Assembly (NCBI RefSeq): GCF_009834535.1
Contig: NC_045696.1
Coordinates: 7,938,001-8,002,000, forward strand
Source of the DNA: Camelus ferus
Taxonomy: Eukaryota
Reading direction: 5' to 3'
DNA: 64,000 nt
A program made the position numbers and the translations under genes. Shown here piece by piece: positions 13,391-25,568 of the stretch. The number at the start of each line of letters is the position of its first letter. Position 1 is the stretch's first letter. The notes under the pieces are model-generated. The model was not told where the DNA came from. It saw only the letters and a list, made by a program, of their open reading frames with translations, and made no database searches.

Positions 13391-14499
13391 TCCAAAATAT
13401 CCACTGGCTTCCATCATATCCATAAGGACAGAGGTTGCCCTAAATCAATGGAATGATCCTCAGTCAATAATATTTAACAGACACTTCTGAACTCCTGCTC
13501 CAAACTCCCAGCCACAAGATGCTCCTGTCTCTGCCATCACAATCTGGTTGCCATGGACACAGTCCACACCCAGGGCCATTCGCCCACACCTATGTTCCTT
13601 CACTGTATCCTTTTCTGAGCATCAACTAAAGCCACGCAGATTGATGAATGCCACAGAAGGAACATAGGAACAAAGTCGCTGCCCTTGGAGCACCCGTGAT
13701 GGAATCGATGAGGAGCAGATAGACCTGCGTATCAAGTGAATTGCGGTTCTCAGCCATTCTGAATCCCACCATGGCCAGCAGCACACCTGAAGGGGCTGGA
13801 GGCATTCCCAGCATGTCCCAGTCCCTTGGCCAGCCTCATGTGTAGTCCTAAATTTCAGAACAATCCCAGCCTGACTGGGTTCTTAAGTCCTACTTGTACA
13901 TCCCCAAAAAGCCACCTTCATGATATCTCTTATTTCAAACTAACAGCAAATTGTCCCTTATTCCCAGTGGTGCCCACAACCCTCCCAGCTCCACACTTCC
14001 CCGACAGACACCACTGAACCATCCATCTCTGCAATTATAGCCAAAAAACAGTTGCTCTTTGATCAAAACTCACCCGGATGCCCACAGGGCCCATAGCAGC
14101 CTGCAAGTTGAGAAACTCTTTGTTGCTCAATAGGCCAAAAGTCCAGAGCCATGTGGAGACAACCATCAGGGGACCAGCTCAGAGAGGCCAGGTGGTCGGG
14201 GAGGCAGGAGGGGAGCCGTGTGGGTCGCAGTCATAGGCAGGAGTCAGGCTGTCCATTGTGGGGTGATGAATACGGACGCAGAGGAGCAAGTGTCCGCAGC
14301 CAACGGCCTGTGTAGGGAGCTGGGGCAGCCAGACTGGGCCGGACCTTAGACAGCCTTCCACGCCCAGCTGGGCGGTCAAGGCTTTGTCCTCCCAGCCCAG
14401 GAGAGTCACCAGAGGGTGCTTTAGGGAGGTGATGATTATGCTCAGATGGATCAGGGATTTTTCCAAGGTGCAGCAATGACATTTCTGGTTGGTCCTGCA

Positions 14500-14598
14500 C
14501 GTCTGCCTCGCCGGCTGCCTCATCCCGGGCATCGTCTGCCTTGCCGGCTGCCTCATCCCGGGCATCGTCTGCCTCGCCGGCTGCCTCATCCCGGGCAT
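14500..14598. repeat. Tandem repeat, 3 x 33 bp
   Basis: Unit CGTCTGCCTCGCCGGCTGCCTCATCCCGGGCAT at 14500-14532, 14533-14565 (one C>T) and 14566-14598. Confidence 0.97.
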
Positions 14599-14599
14599 A

Positions 14600-15202
14600 G
14601 GGCAGTGAGCCGCCCAACCAAATGACACGTGTGCCCACGCAGTCCTTCTCAAAGGACACAGTCATTGTCTAGTCACTGTCCTCTCAAATACCCTGAACTT
14701 GAAGCTTCTGGTTGGTGGAAGAGGAAGGACAGGAGGGCGGCAGTATCCCTGAGGGCCTGCGGGTCACGCCGGCCGGTGCCCGGCCAGTTCCCAGAGCAGC
14801 CAGGGGCCTGAAGAGGCAGCTGGACTCCACGGCCCGTGCATGTGAGTGCGGGGTGAGGCACTGGGTCGGGGTGGGGGGGCGGTCTGCGGTTGGCCGTCGC
14901 TTGTCTGAGGGCTGTGAGGCCCCGCCGGTAGGTCTGGGTGCAGGCGGAAGGTCTCCGGGAGAGCAGCAGGCAATATCCCCAGCAGAAGGCCAGCCGTGCC
15001 TGGGCCTGGGGGTCCCTGGGGGACCCTGGGGACCCAGCTCTGGTGTCCTAATGAGCCAGGAAGGATGGAGTCCGTTTCCTGAGCGTTTGGGTAGAACTTG
15101 CTGGCCGTCCTTGGGCTGGGAGCAAGGACCAGGTCTGTGGAGTGTCAGGGGACGGGGCAGCTTGGGTGCTGGTTGTTACTGCCCCTTCTGTGCGCGGTGA
15201 GT
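14600..15202 (+). promoter_or_regulatory. Candidate CLDN14 promoter / non-coding first exon with alternative donors
   Basis: Repeat-free, GC- and CpG-enriched segment ~11 kb upstream of the coding exon with two GTGAGT donors (14842-14847, 15197-15202). CLDN14 is known to use upstream non-coding exons. No transcript evidence available here. Confidence 0.4.
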
Positions 15203-17569
15203 GTCTAGAGCCTCCAGACTTGGGAGCCTTATCCTCCCCCAGCCCTCCCCCCTGCCCTCAAACACACAGACACTGGCCTGGGAGAAGGCGCGGGAAAGTT
15301 ACAGATCTCCCTTAATAAGGGTAAAAAATGGTACTGAAGCGGAGACATTCCAGGCAGTCTGATCCATGAGTTCATCCTTCAATTACCTTGAACTCTGCAT
15401 CCCCAGTAGCTGCCACGGTCTTCCCTGGATGGGCCAGAGGGCCAAGGCCTGCTGGGAGGGCCACAGACCAGGGAGAACGAGGCCTGGGATTAGTGCCCAG
15501 GCCGTGGAGCCACACGGGCACTGGCTTTTGGCTGCACATTCCCACTGAGAGATTTAATTCCTGCCATTTACAAGGCCAAAAATCTCAATTACTCAGCTTA
15601 GTCTTGAAGTCTTAGGAAACCAGAGGGTAGCCCGATCACCATGTTCTCTGAGCATCTCAACCCCAGGGCACCTGCTGGGTTGGCTCCCGTTGAGCTGGAA
15701 CAGATTTATCTGCAACGATGATAAAACTTCAGTAGCACACCCTTGCATTACTGGGTGTCCTTCCTTACTGGGCTTACAGGTTTCTGCATATCTTAGCATC
15801 TTCTAGACAGCTCTGAGAAGCCGCTGCTATGATGTCCATAGCCAGGTGGGTCAGGTACGGCTGAGTCGTCTGCCCAGGATCAGTCTGACCGGAAGCCAGC
15901 CTCCATTCTTACCTGGCTGTGGAGCTTTAGAAATCTCTAAGGCTCACCATCCTCTACTTATCCATCTAGACAATGGATCGATTCTTCCCAAGCATCTGCA
16001 GAGAAATCTGTAAAAAGGAAGAGACAGTTTCTTCCCTCAGTGCCATGAAAGTGTTACTACAAATATCTCCTGCTTTCCAAGTTAGTTTTCTTAAAGATCT
16101 ACAAAATCAAATATATCCATTTTTGTTTTTAAAAAATTCACCTTCTCGCTTGTATCAGAGAATCTCTTACATTACATAGAGCACACAGTCTAAAAGCCTG
16201 TTTTCCCGGCTGCTCCCGGTGTCTTTTTAAAAATCCAGACAGTCGCTGTTGCCAGTTCAGGAGTGATTCTTGGCGCTTTGAAACTCAAACATTCCTCCCT
16301 CCAGCTGATCTTCACAATCCTCTCTTGGGGGCGAGTCCTCACACTGCTGGCAAGACGCGTGGCTGCCAGGGCCGTAGGCTTTTTGCCCGGCGGCCAACAG
16401 CGGCCACGCACAGGAATTTTCCACCGCGCGCTGTTTTCTGGGAGGGCACCTGGGGCTTGCCCTAAGAGAGCCGCCCCTGTGCAGTGACTCTGTGAAGGCA
16501 AGAAGGGAGAAGATGGAACTCTGTGCCTCATCCTCTTCTCTCCCTGGGGGTGGGGGCCCCCACCAGGGTACCGGGAGGCTGTGAGCAGGGTCTCTGGGGT
16601 GCAGAGGCAAGCCACCCACGGGCAGTGGTTCACCCCTGGACTTGAATGTGCACGCCACACACCCATGCACCTACAGCTTCCCTGGAACAAGAAAGAAATG
16701 AAAGCTGAGATTTGGAACACGGCTGGGGTTTCCGCTGGCAGCCTCTCTTGGGCACAGGAGACCAGCAATAGCTTTGTTTTCAAAAGGCTCCTCTTTGGCA
16801 GAAATTTACAGGGGCATCTGGGCTACACTCAAATGAAGAAAAAACAAACTTACGAAACCAAATTTTTAAATTCTGCAGAACACAGCACAAGTGTCTCCTG
16901 TTCCTTTCAACATTCAAACTAGATGCACTCTTTGATTTCAGGGAGGAAAAATCCCAATGCTGAGTCCCCCAGTTCCATCCATAACCGGCAGGACAGGCTT
17001 CAAGGGCCTGCCACCTGCACGGCTGCCCGGGACCCTGCACTTTGAAAGAGCGCCAGCCTGGTTTGATACTCTGTGGTCGCCACCTTGAAATTCTTCATTT
17101 TTGAACAAGGGTACCCATGTTTTCATTGTGCGCTGTTTCATCTGCAAGGCCATTCTGAGGACTTCTACCAGCTGAAATCTCAGACCTGACCCAATTCATT
17201 CTAAACTTCTAAGCGGATGGTCCTTCCACCATTTCCTCCACCCTGTCTCCTCCCCGGCCTCTTCCTCCACCCTTGTTCTCTATCAATGCAGCACATTCCC
17301 AGCCCCAGCAAGGGTCTTATAACTTCCATAACTCTGAAATAGCAACGACAGTAAATGATCTTTCCTGGTGTCTGCAACACCTGTAAAGCATTGCAAACCA
17401 TGAGCGACTCCTATGGGTGGTAACGTCCCAGGCTCTGGTCACACTGCTGTAGGTGGCTGCCTCTACTCAACACAAGGACATGCTCATTTTAGGGGGAGGC
17501 CAATGAAATAAATCATGCAACTCTTTTCCCCATCCAAGATGACAGATACCCTGAATTCTACGGAATTAA

Positions 17570-18430
17570 GAACCCCTGTCCTACAACTGTTGCTTCATTT
17601 CCTGGTTCCCCTTGATGGTCCAAGTCTTTGAAAGAATCTTCTGGGCTCACTATCTCCTGTGCGCCTATCCCAACTCTCTCTTGAACTGACTCCCAGCACT
17701 CTGCCGAAACTGAGCTTGTCAAGGTCTCCAGTTTCCTTCATGTTGCTAATTCCAACCGTATTTCTCAGTGCTCAGATAATGTGATTTGTCTGGTGACGAC
17801 GCAGTGGGTCACCCTCTCCAACCTGGAACTCTGTCCTCACTCACCACTCTCCCCCTGGGTTGCCTCTTCCCTCTCAGCCACTCCTTGTGGCCCATTGCTG
17901 GCTCCCCCTCAGACCCCAGTCTCTCATGTTGGAAGGTTACCAGACTCAGTCATCAGGCACCTGCTCTTCCCTGTCTACACTCACTCCTTGGGGGCTCTTA
18001 CCCGATCTCACCACTTTCAATCCTGTGTCTGTGCTGTTGAGTTCCAAGTGGACTTCTTCACTCCGTGCCCTCCCTGAGCGCTGCACTTATACATGCAAGT
18101 GTGGTGTTCCCGTCCCCCACCGGGTGGTCACAGCCATGCCAATTCAACATGTCCAAAACAAAACTCCTCTCCCTCCACCCTCCAAATGCAGAGACTCCCA
18201 CCTCCCACTGCCTTCACCCTCAATAAATGGTAATTCCATTCTTCCAGTTGCCCAAGACCTTGGAGCCATGTCTGACACCGGTCTCTCACACTCCACTGCT
18301 AAACCATCAGCAAACCCTGCCACTCTCACCTTCAAATGTATCTAGGAACCCACCCCTTCTCAGTACCCACCTTTGTCACTGCCAGCATCTCTTACATGGA
18401 TGACCACAGAACTCTTCTTTAGTCTCCCTG
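17570..18430. mobile_element. L2 LINE fossil
   Basis: L2-like CTTGTCAAGGTCTCCAG, CAACATGTCCAAAAC, ATAAATGGTAATTCCATTCTTCCAGTTGCCCAAG. Confidence 0.7.
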
Positions 18431-18439
18431 ATTCAGCCC

Positions 18440-18605
18440 AGGTGTGACCTTGGATGAGTTACTTAACCTCTCCAAGCCTCAGTTTCTCCATCCACAAATG
18501 AGGACAATGTCAGGCACATCATAGATTTGCTGAAGGATTCAACAAGTTAACATCTGTGGAGGCACTTAGCACGTGTCAGGCATCTCACGAACACTCAGTA
18601 CATTT
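18440..18605 (+). mobile_element. MIR SINE fossil
   Basis: TGTGACCTTGGATGAGTTACTTAACCTCTCCAAGCCTCAGTTTCTCCATC. Confidence 0.8.
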
Positions 18606-19454
18606 GGCTGTGATTGCTTTTACTTCTCATTATTAACTCAGCTTCTGGATGCCTGGGGCTAAAATTGACAGAGAATGAGCACTAAACATTTTTAGCTGTA
18701 TGTTACTTAGCATTAGTACACCTCAGTCTTATGTCTTCATTTTAGTCACTGCAATATAATCCCAGTTCCGTGCTCAAATAAATCATTTTCACAGGCTTAC
18801 AAAATCCATCGACTAGTTGTCTTATCCATAGAGGTTTCCAGCCCAGCAGGGCCAGCGTCCTGGGGCTTGTTGTTTTGATGTTAAGTCCTAGAGGGAGGCC
18901 CCACTGTGCTCTCCTGGATTTCCAAGGGAAAGCCTGGGCAACCATCGGAGTTGCCTTATCCCAACCTGGCCTGCACCCCAAATTTGGGTTTTTCTGGTCT
19001 ATGAAGCCAAGACATGTTGATTTAAGAAAACCAGACAGTAGCCTGAAAAGGTCGGCCACGTCTCTGGGTGCAGCCCAGCCAGTTACATACAAACTGGGGA
19101 ACTGAGCGCCCCAAACTCTTTGGGGGATCAGTGGATTCATATGCTTTTCCAGCCTGGAGAAGCTGAGTCATCTGATCACTGTGTGGGTTACCCGCTGTGG
19201 TTGGCACTGGCTCTTGAGTTTCCACTACACAAGGGCCTTCCAAATTCTTCCCTCGCCATGTTCTCTCACGTCTCCCTGGACTCCGTCCTCCATACCTTGG
19301 GACATGAAGCAAACCACTGACCTGCGGTTTTCCATGGTAGATGTGAAGCCATCAGACCATGCTCAGTGCCTCCTCTGGAAGGGGACCCAAGTCTCACATT
19401 CAGACATGACTGTTTTTTCCTGTGATTCCCCGTGCCACCATTCAGCTGGGCACC

Positions 19455-19920
19455 TGTACTGGTCTGCGAGAGCTGCAAAGTACAAAGTACCACCAACGCA
19501 GTGGCTGAAAATGATAGAAATGAATTCTCTCCCAGTTCCGGAGGTGGGGAGTCCAAAGTCAAGGTGTCAGCAGAGTCTGTTCCTTCTGATGCTCACGAGG
19601 AAGGATCTGCCCCAGGCCTCTGTCCAAGCCTCCGCTGGTCACTGGTCATCCTTGCTGTCCCTTGGCTCAGAGTGGCATCAGTCCAACCTCTGCCTCCATC
19701 TTCACATGGTGTTCTCCCTATTTCTTTGTCTTCACGTGGCCATCTTCTCACAAAGACTCCAGTCTCGTTGGTATAGGGATCCACCGTACTCAGTATGTCC
19801 GCATCTGAACCAAAAGTTACCTCTGCAATGACCCTCATCCAAATAAGGTCACCTTTGGAGGGAGTGGGGGTTAGGACTTCAACGTATCTTTTGGGGGGGA
19901 ACACAATTCAACCCACAGCA
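19455..19920 (-). mobile_element. MaLR solo LTR (MLT1-type)
   Basis: CAAAGTACAAAGTACCAC, AGTCCAAAGTCAAGGTGTCAGCAG, CCAAATAAGGTCAC, ACACAATTCAACCCACAGCA. Confidence 0.85.
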
Positions 19921-22900
19921 TCCCTTATACAAAGCTTTTCTAGACAACATTTTATTAGTCAAAAAAATCATCATTTAATACTTTAGAAAATAAGCTTATA
20001 ACCTGTGTGTTTTGCTTTTCTAAGATTTTCCTTGCACAGCAGACTGTTGGCCACCTGTACCCTCAAAAAAATGAAAACAACAGAGCAAATCTACACAACT
20101 ATCTGGCCAGGAAAAAAACACTTAGGCAAAGGCACCAGGTTATTTTGTTAAATGAAATTCAGTCCTTTCATTTTCACATGTTGATCTACTGCATTTTTAA
20201 TGGATTCTAATGAAATCTGGTGAGTTGAAATTAGAGAGACAATGCCCGCTGGGAAACAGTGTAGGCTTTTTATGGTCGTGGTAACTTAAGCTTGTAGTTT
20301 TCACTCAATCAATAGTCTGTTCAATCTCGCTGAGTTGAAAATGGCCTAGACAGGCATTTAACCACATACTGTGATTTTCATTCGTATTAACACAGGCTTT
20401 CCCCCAAACCAGCTCTTGTTAGAAAAAATAGATTCTTCTTTACTCATCCAAAATAGAGGGGAAATTTTAATCTGTAAATTGTCATTTCTATTTGATTTGG
20501 GCAAGATATTTCACGTTGGTTTTCTTGAATCATCTTAGCAATCCCAACTCTCATTCTGTCCTGCCTCTTATGGAAAGACTGTGGTTCTTCCACACCATGT
20601 GTAGATGGCATAGAAGTCCTTATAAATTTAAAATATAGATGCCTGCCAGTCTGAAAAATAACCCAAGGAAAGTTACAGAAAGTTTGGAATAATAATGAAG
20701 GAAACTTCATTTTTAGAGCCAAAAACCCCACAGTCCAGCCCATCCTAAGTGAATATGAAATGGTTTTTCCAAGGTATTATTATTTGATTGCTTTCTCATC
20801 ATTCTTAAATCTTTGTGTCAGAAGAGGGACTGAAATAGCACCTCTGGAGTATACCTAAGCTCCTAGGAAAGAGATCCACTTGCCTTGTACATTATTAAGA
20901 AATAAGTATCCAACGTGTATTTGGCAATTACTGGTTAGAGTTATTTCCTTCTGATAGAGCATAAAAGTCCTTTTTATTTTCTCCTGTTGGGTAGTTTTGC
21001 TAATGTATCTCATTTAGATGAATCCAAATCTCCTTTGAGTTTATCCTTGGTTTCCAAGGTCTAGCATTTATGAAATATCTAAACTATGATGGAGTCCGGT
21101 TGGGGTGTCAGGGAGGACATTAGAGTTTTGGGAACCAGACATTTTCTTAAATTGCTGAACATCAAATTTGCAGCAAATCTACTTTCTTTCAAAGTCCAAC
21201 GACCATCTCCCTTTCAAGGCAGCTCTTCATTTTCCCAATAAAACTCTAGGAGACAAAGTTCAAGTCCTCTGCCTCCACAGTGGATCCAACACTGTGTCAG
21301 GAGCCTGTGGGGCAGCCCTGTGTGGGATGGGCCGTTCCCGGCCGGGTTGAAATCTGCTGCGACTGCAGGACAGTCAAAAGCTGAAATGAGGTGCACGAGG
21401 CCAAATCACCCAACTCTTCACCCGGGCAAGAAGGCCCCGGGTGGTTCTGGGTAAAGACCCTTCCACACTCCTGCCTCCCCATGTACAGCCTGCATCACTC
21501 CTGCTCCAGGACTGACGTCCCCTTCAGCAGTGCGGGTGGAAAGGACAAAGGACACGTGTGTCCATAGGAGAGCTCTTCATAGTAGGGGCCGAGGGACACA
21601 AGGCAGTAAAGAAGCAGGAACCCAGGAAACAACACACTTGCCCCTTGTCCCGGCGAGGCTGCGCCCTCCAGCCACCGCTGCTGAAATGACGCCTAAGTCA
21701 GAGGTGAAGCTCCAAAGCTGACACAGCTGGGGCCCAGGCAGGCTGGGAGCAAACCCACCATGTGCTGTACGTTCCTGCCTTTTTTTTTTTTTTTTTTTCA
21801 TTCCTTCCTTAAAAAGAAAAATCTAGCTCACAGACAACAGAGGAAGGACACAACATAAAAGTTTATATGGAAAAAAAAACCTTGCCTTTCAGATCTGGTG
21901 CTCATAAAACCAGATCCAGTATAAGGGGCCGACAGCAGTCTGGTGTTTCTCACAGCTGCTCTTCACAGATTTTCACATTAGTTTACAGCCCGGGGGTTTT
22001 CTGAGACTCTACTGGGGGCAAATCAGAGCATCTGGCTGACCCTCTGACTTGTGCTCATTCAACCCTCCCCCAAATCAAAATTATCTTTGTTTTTTAAGCA
22101 ACCCTATCTCATCATTGCTCTATTAAACTTTCAACAGACTTATATCCTCCAAGTCCACCTGCCAAAGTGATTTGACTTTAAGCTGCCGTTTGGCAAAGCT
22201 GGGGAAGGATGTCTCTAGTCAAATAAGTTGAGGGAATGCCACACGAAAGACTTTTTGGGAGACTCCCAATGTACATTTGCATGTTACCATCAATGAGAAG
22301 TCCAACAGTTACCAGGTTTTCTCCAACCTACGTCTTCCACGAGAGACATCGCGCAAACGAAGCATGCCGAGAAGCAGTCTTTGGGAAGCACTGCCCTAAA
22401 TCCTGCTCACACGCGCAACTAACTCACACACTGTCCACCCAGGAGTGTGCTTTGGGGGCCCTGTGAACCCAAATGCAAGACCCAACGTTTATTCCTGGAA
22501 TGCATCATCTGGACTAACTTCAGCCCCGCCCAGCCAGCCTGTCAAGGTCTTTTTGGAACTTGATTCTTAGAACCACATTTGTCTTGGACTCACATCTCTC
22601 TAGCAAATGTTTCCACAAGCACGTCTGCAGGAAAAGGGTAGCCTGGGGTGAAGCCAACTGCAGGCCAGCTGAGCCCCACATGCACTGCCCATCCTGGGAG
22701 GCCACGCCGGGGCAGGTTCCTTCCAAAGCATCAGGGATGAGCCTTCAGTGGTTTCTAAGGAAATCTGTACATTTAAGGTGGTTTTTCCATTGAATGGCTC
22801 TAAAGTGAAAAGTGGTTGCTGGGAAGTTGAATTATGACCTAATCCCAGTAGCAGCTGTGGGTAACGGCAGAGAAGGGGGTGGGGAGCTGGTGTCTGGGAG

Positions 22901-25523
22901 TTGGGGGCTCATTAACACTCACTTCTTAAATTAGCAAATCCTTCCAGCACAAGTTTAAATATAGCAACCTAATGGTTTCTAAAATTAGCAGTCATTGCTC
23001 TCCATAAATATTTAGACGTCCAATAAACTTCTGGTCCACTTCCCTAGACTAATGGGGTCGAGCAGGCTTAGCTTTTACACCGCATTCTTTAGGCTCAGGA
23101 TCCTGAATGACTGACCTTGACAGGCAAGTGCTGTGAGAAGCCTAGGAAGGCCCAGAATCCCGGACAGACTGTGTGGCCACCGGGCTGGAGGCAGCCTCCA
23201 GGCGTTCCTAGAAGGATCTCAGAGGCCATTTGGAGAAGCCCACAGACTGGGGGCTTCCTGGAGGAACCGACTGTCATGGTTTGCCTGGGACTGTTCCAAT
23301 TTCAGCGCTTCAAGTCCCCCACCGGGCGGCCTCTCAGTCCCCAGCAAACTAGAACAGCGGGCCGTGCTGGCCGCCTGAACCCCTGTAACTGGACGTCTTC
23401 ACTGGGGACAGTCACCGCCCCAGGCCCTCCTGCTAACTTTAGTCCCACTGAATTCGGAAAGGCAGAGTGTAAGCAAGGAATTAAACTAGGGAAAACAGTA
23501 GCCAGGCTACAAAAAGAAATTTCATCCCCTGCACCCAGTTTCCCCATGTGGAAAGCAGGGGTGGGGACAGTCGCTGCTTCGCTGGGTTTTTGAGGGGAAT
23601 AAAAAACCAGGCAGCGTGTGTGAGGGCTCAGCGTAGCGCCCAGCATCACCCAGGCCCAGGGAATCGGTGCTTTCTGTGTCAGCTCTGTTTGGGCACCCAG
23701 TGCATCTGGGAGGTCGGTGGAGGCAACTCTGTCCCCACACATCAGAGCTGCCCCTTCTGGGCCCCACCTCCTCCCTGGCAGTGACCGCAGGACAGTGCCC
23801 CACCCTTCCTTGAGCAGCAGGGACCTGGGGTCCCTGCCCCCTGCCCCAAGCCCAGCACCTGCACAGAGTGGGTGCTTGCTGAGTGGAGGGAAGACTTCCT
23901 AAGGAAAGCCAGCTTCTCAGCAAGACACACGTGGCCATCAGCTGGAAGCGTGAGTAAAGAACACAGGGTCCAGGACAAAGAGTCATTTTTAACACCAGCA
24001 AAACCCCTGACCTCATCCCACGACATCCTGTCCAGCACAATGGCATCTTGTTGTCCAGCTTGTTTGTTAAGCAGGACAGAATTAAAGACTGCCTCCTCCA
24101 ATGTGAGGATTTGTAAGCCCTGTATATGTTTTTAAATCCAGCAAGATGGTCTGCCCTCTTGGAATCATCACCTGTTACCAACCAAATCCTTCATCATGAT
24201 GTAGTGGGTGATTTCTTCACGACGGACCCAGGATTAGGAACAGGAGGGCCTGTGGGATCCCAGAGATGGCTCGCAGGACAGTGTGTGTTGGGTGACACCT
24301 ACCCCCCATGCACTTTTGCTCCCTGCAGACTTCCTGTGCTTCAGTGCAGAACATTCATCTGCTCTGAAAGGAGTGGGTTTTGCCTACTGAATTCTCACCA
24401 GTTTGGGATGCTGAACTGACTTGTCCCTCAAAGACACTTTGGGGGCATGAAGTCCAGCTCCCTTGTTTTAAAGCGAGAGAGGCCCCAAGGCACCCAGAGG
24501 GTGGGGGTGGCCCTGGGCCCGGGACTCTTAATTTTCTTTTGCTCCTCACCCTGCTCTGGGTGGGAGAGAGGAGCTGGTGGTGTCCACACTGGTCGTTCCA
24601 CTCTCCCTCCCATTTTTCCTTCCATCCTCTGTTCCTTCCATCCACTTCCCTCCCTCCCTGTTTCTCCTCCTCCTCCCTCCCCGTATTTCCCAAATATCCC
24701 TTGTATGCCTGCACTACATACATGCTGGATCTTTGCCCCCAAGCAGTGTTTGGAATTTTGCCTTGGTTAGAACTTTTGACAAACTCTGAAATGGCTCCAC
24801 ACACCCAGATCTCTGAACCCAGGGAGCAGCCTTTGACTTGTAACCAGCCCGCCCCTCTTCAGAGTGGTGTGAGGGGAGGTGCCCTGCCCGAGGGGAAGGT
24901 CCTTGGTTTGTGGTCCTGGCCCCTGGCCGCAGGATTGAAGGAGCTGATGACCTTGGTCATCCCTCTCCTCTGACGTCAGTAGATAATCGCTAAGGTCACA
25001 TCTGGGGATTCTGGAAGGAAGTGTCTGACCTGCCTGTTGGGTCCTAAACCTCCCTGCCTGAGCACAGCGGGAAGCCTCTTGCCTTCAGAAAATGCTTCCT
25101 GCTGACTGGCAGCCTAAGGCTGCTCTCTAACTCAGAAGCAGCCCAGCCTAAAGAACTGCCAGTTCATTTGTTGACTGAACAACCAAAGTGATTGCCGATC
25201 AAACAGAACCAAGTGAGATTCAAATGTAGCAGAGTTCAAGGATAGAGTAAGAAGGAACTTCCCACACGTGGCTGGTAAGTACTAAGAGATGTGGGAGCTC
25301 TCCAGTGTCCTTCCCTGGGGTCCTTGGAAGGCACAGGCCAGCCAGATGTCGCTGTCACCCCTCCTAGTTCTGGTCTTCCAGGGAAAGTGTCTAAGACAAC
25401 CAGCCGCTTATTCTGTCACCCCATCCAGTCTCAGAAACTATTTTGAAAAATATGCTAATCGTGGTACCAACTGCCTATGGAAGTCTCCCTTTCCGTGGCA
25501 AGAATACATGCATCGAGATAATA

Positions 25524-25568
25524 TTTAACCCGTTTCCTTTCCCCCGCCCCGCCTCCCGGCTTCATTAG
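25524..25568 (+). promoter_or_regulatory. 3' splice acceptor of the CLDN14 coding exon
   Basis: Branch-point-like TTTAAC (25524-25529), pyrimidine tract, first downstream AG at 25567-25568. The exon would begin at 25569, 46 nt before the ATG. Confidence 0.75.

Noticed and set aside
14500..14598. 33-bp repeats as a CRISPR-like array or coding repeat (ORFs 14179-14652, 14231-14665)
   Set aside because: Units are head-to-tail with no spacers, the genome is mammalian, and the ORFs stay open only because the unit is stop-free and a multiple of three.
3547..19904. Long ORFs at 3547-4131 and 19181-19831 and similar ones
   Set aside because: They run through MLT1 LTR sequence and have no coding-like features.
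3431..19920. Oppositely oriented MLT1 copies as long-range dsRNA
   Set aside because: The copies are old, mutually diverged and kilobases apart; this arrangement is ordinary in mammalian introns.
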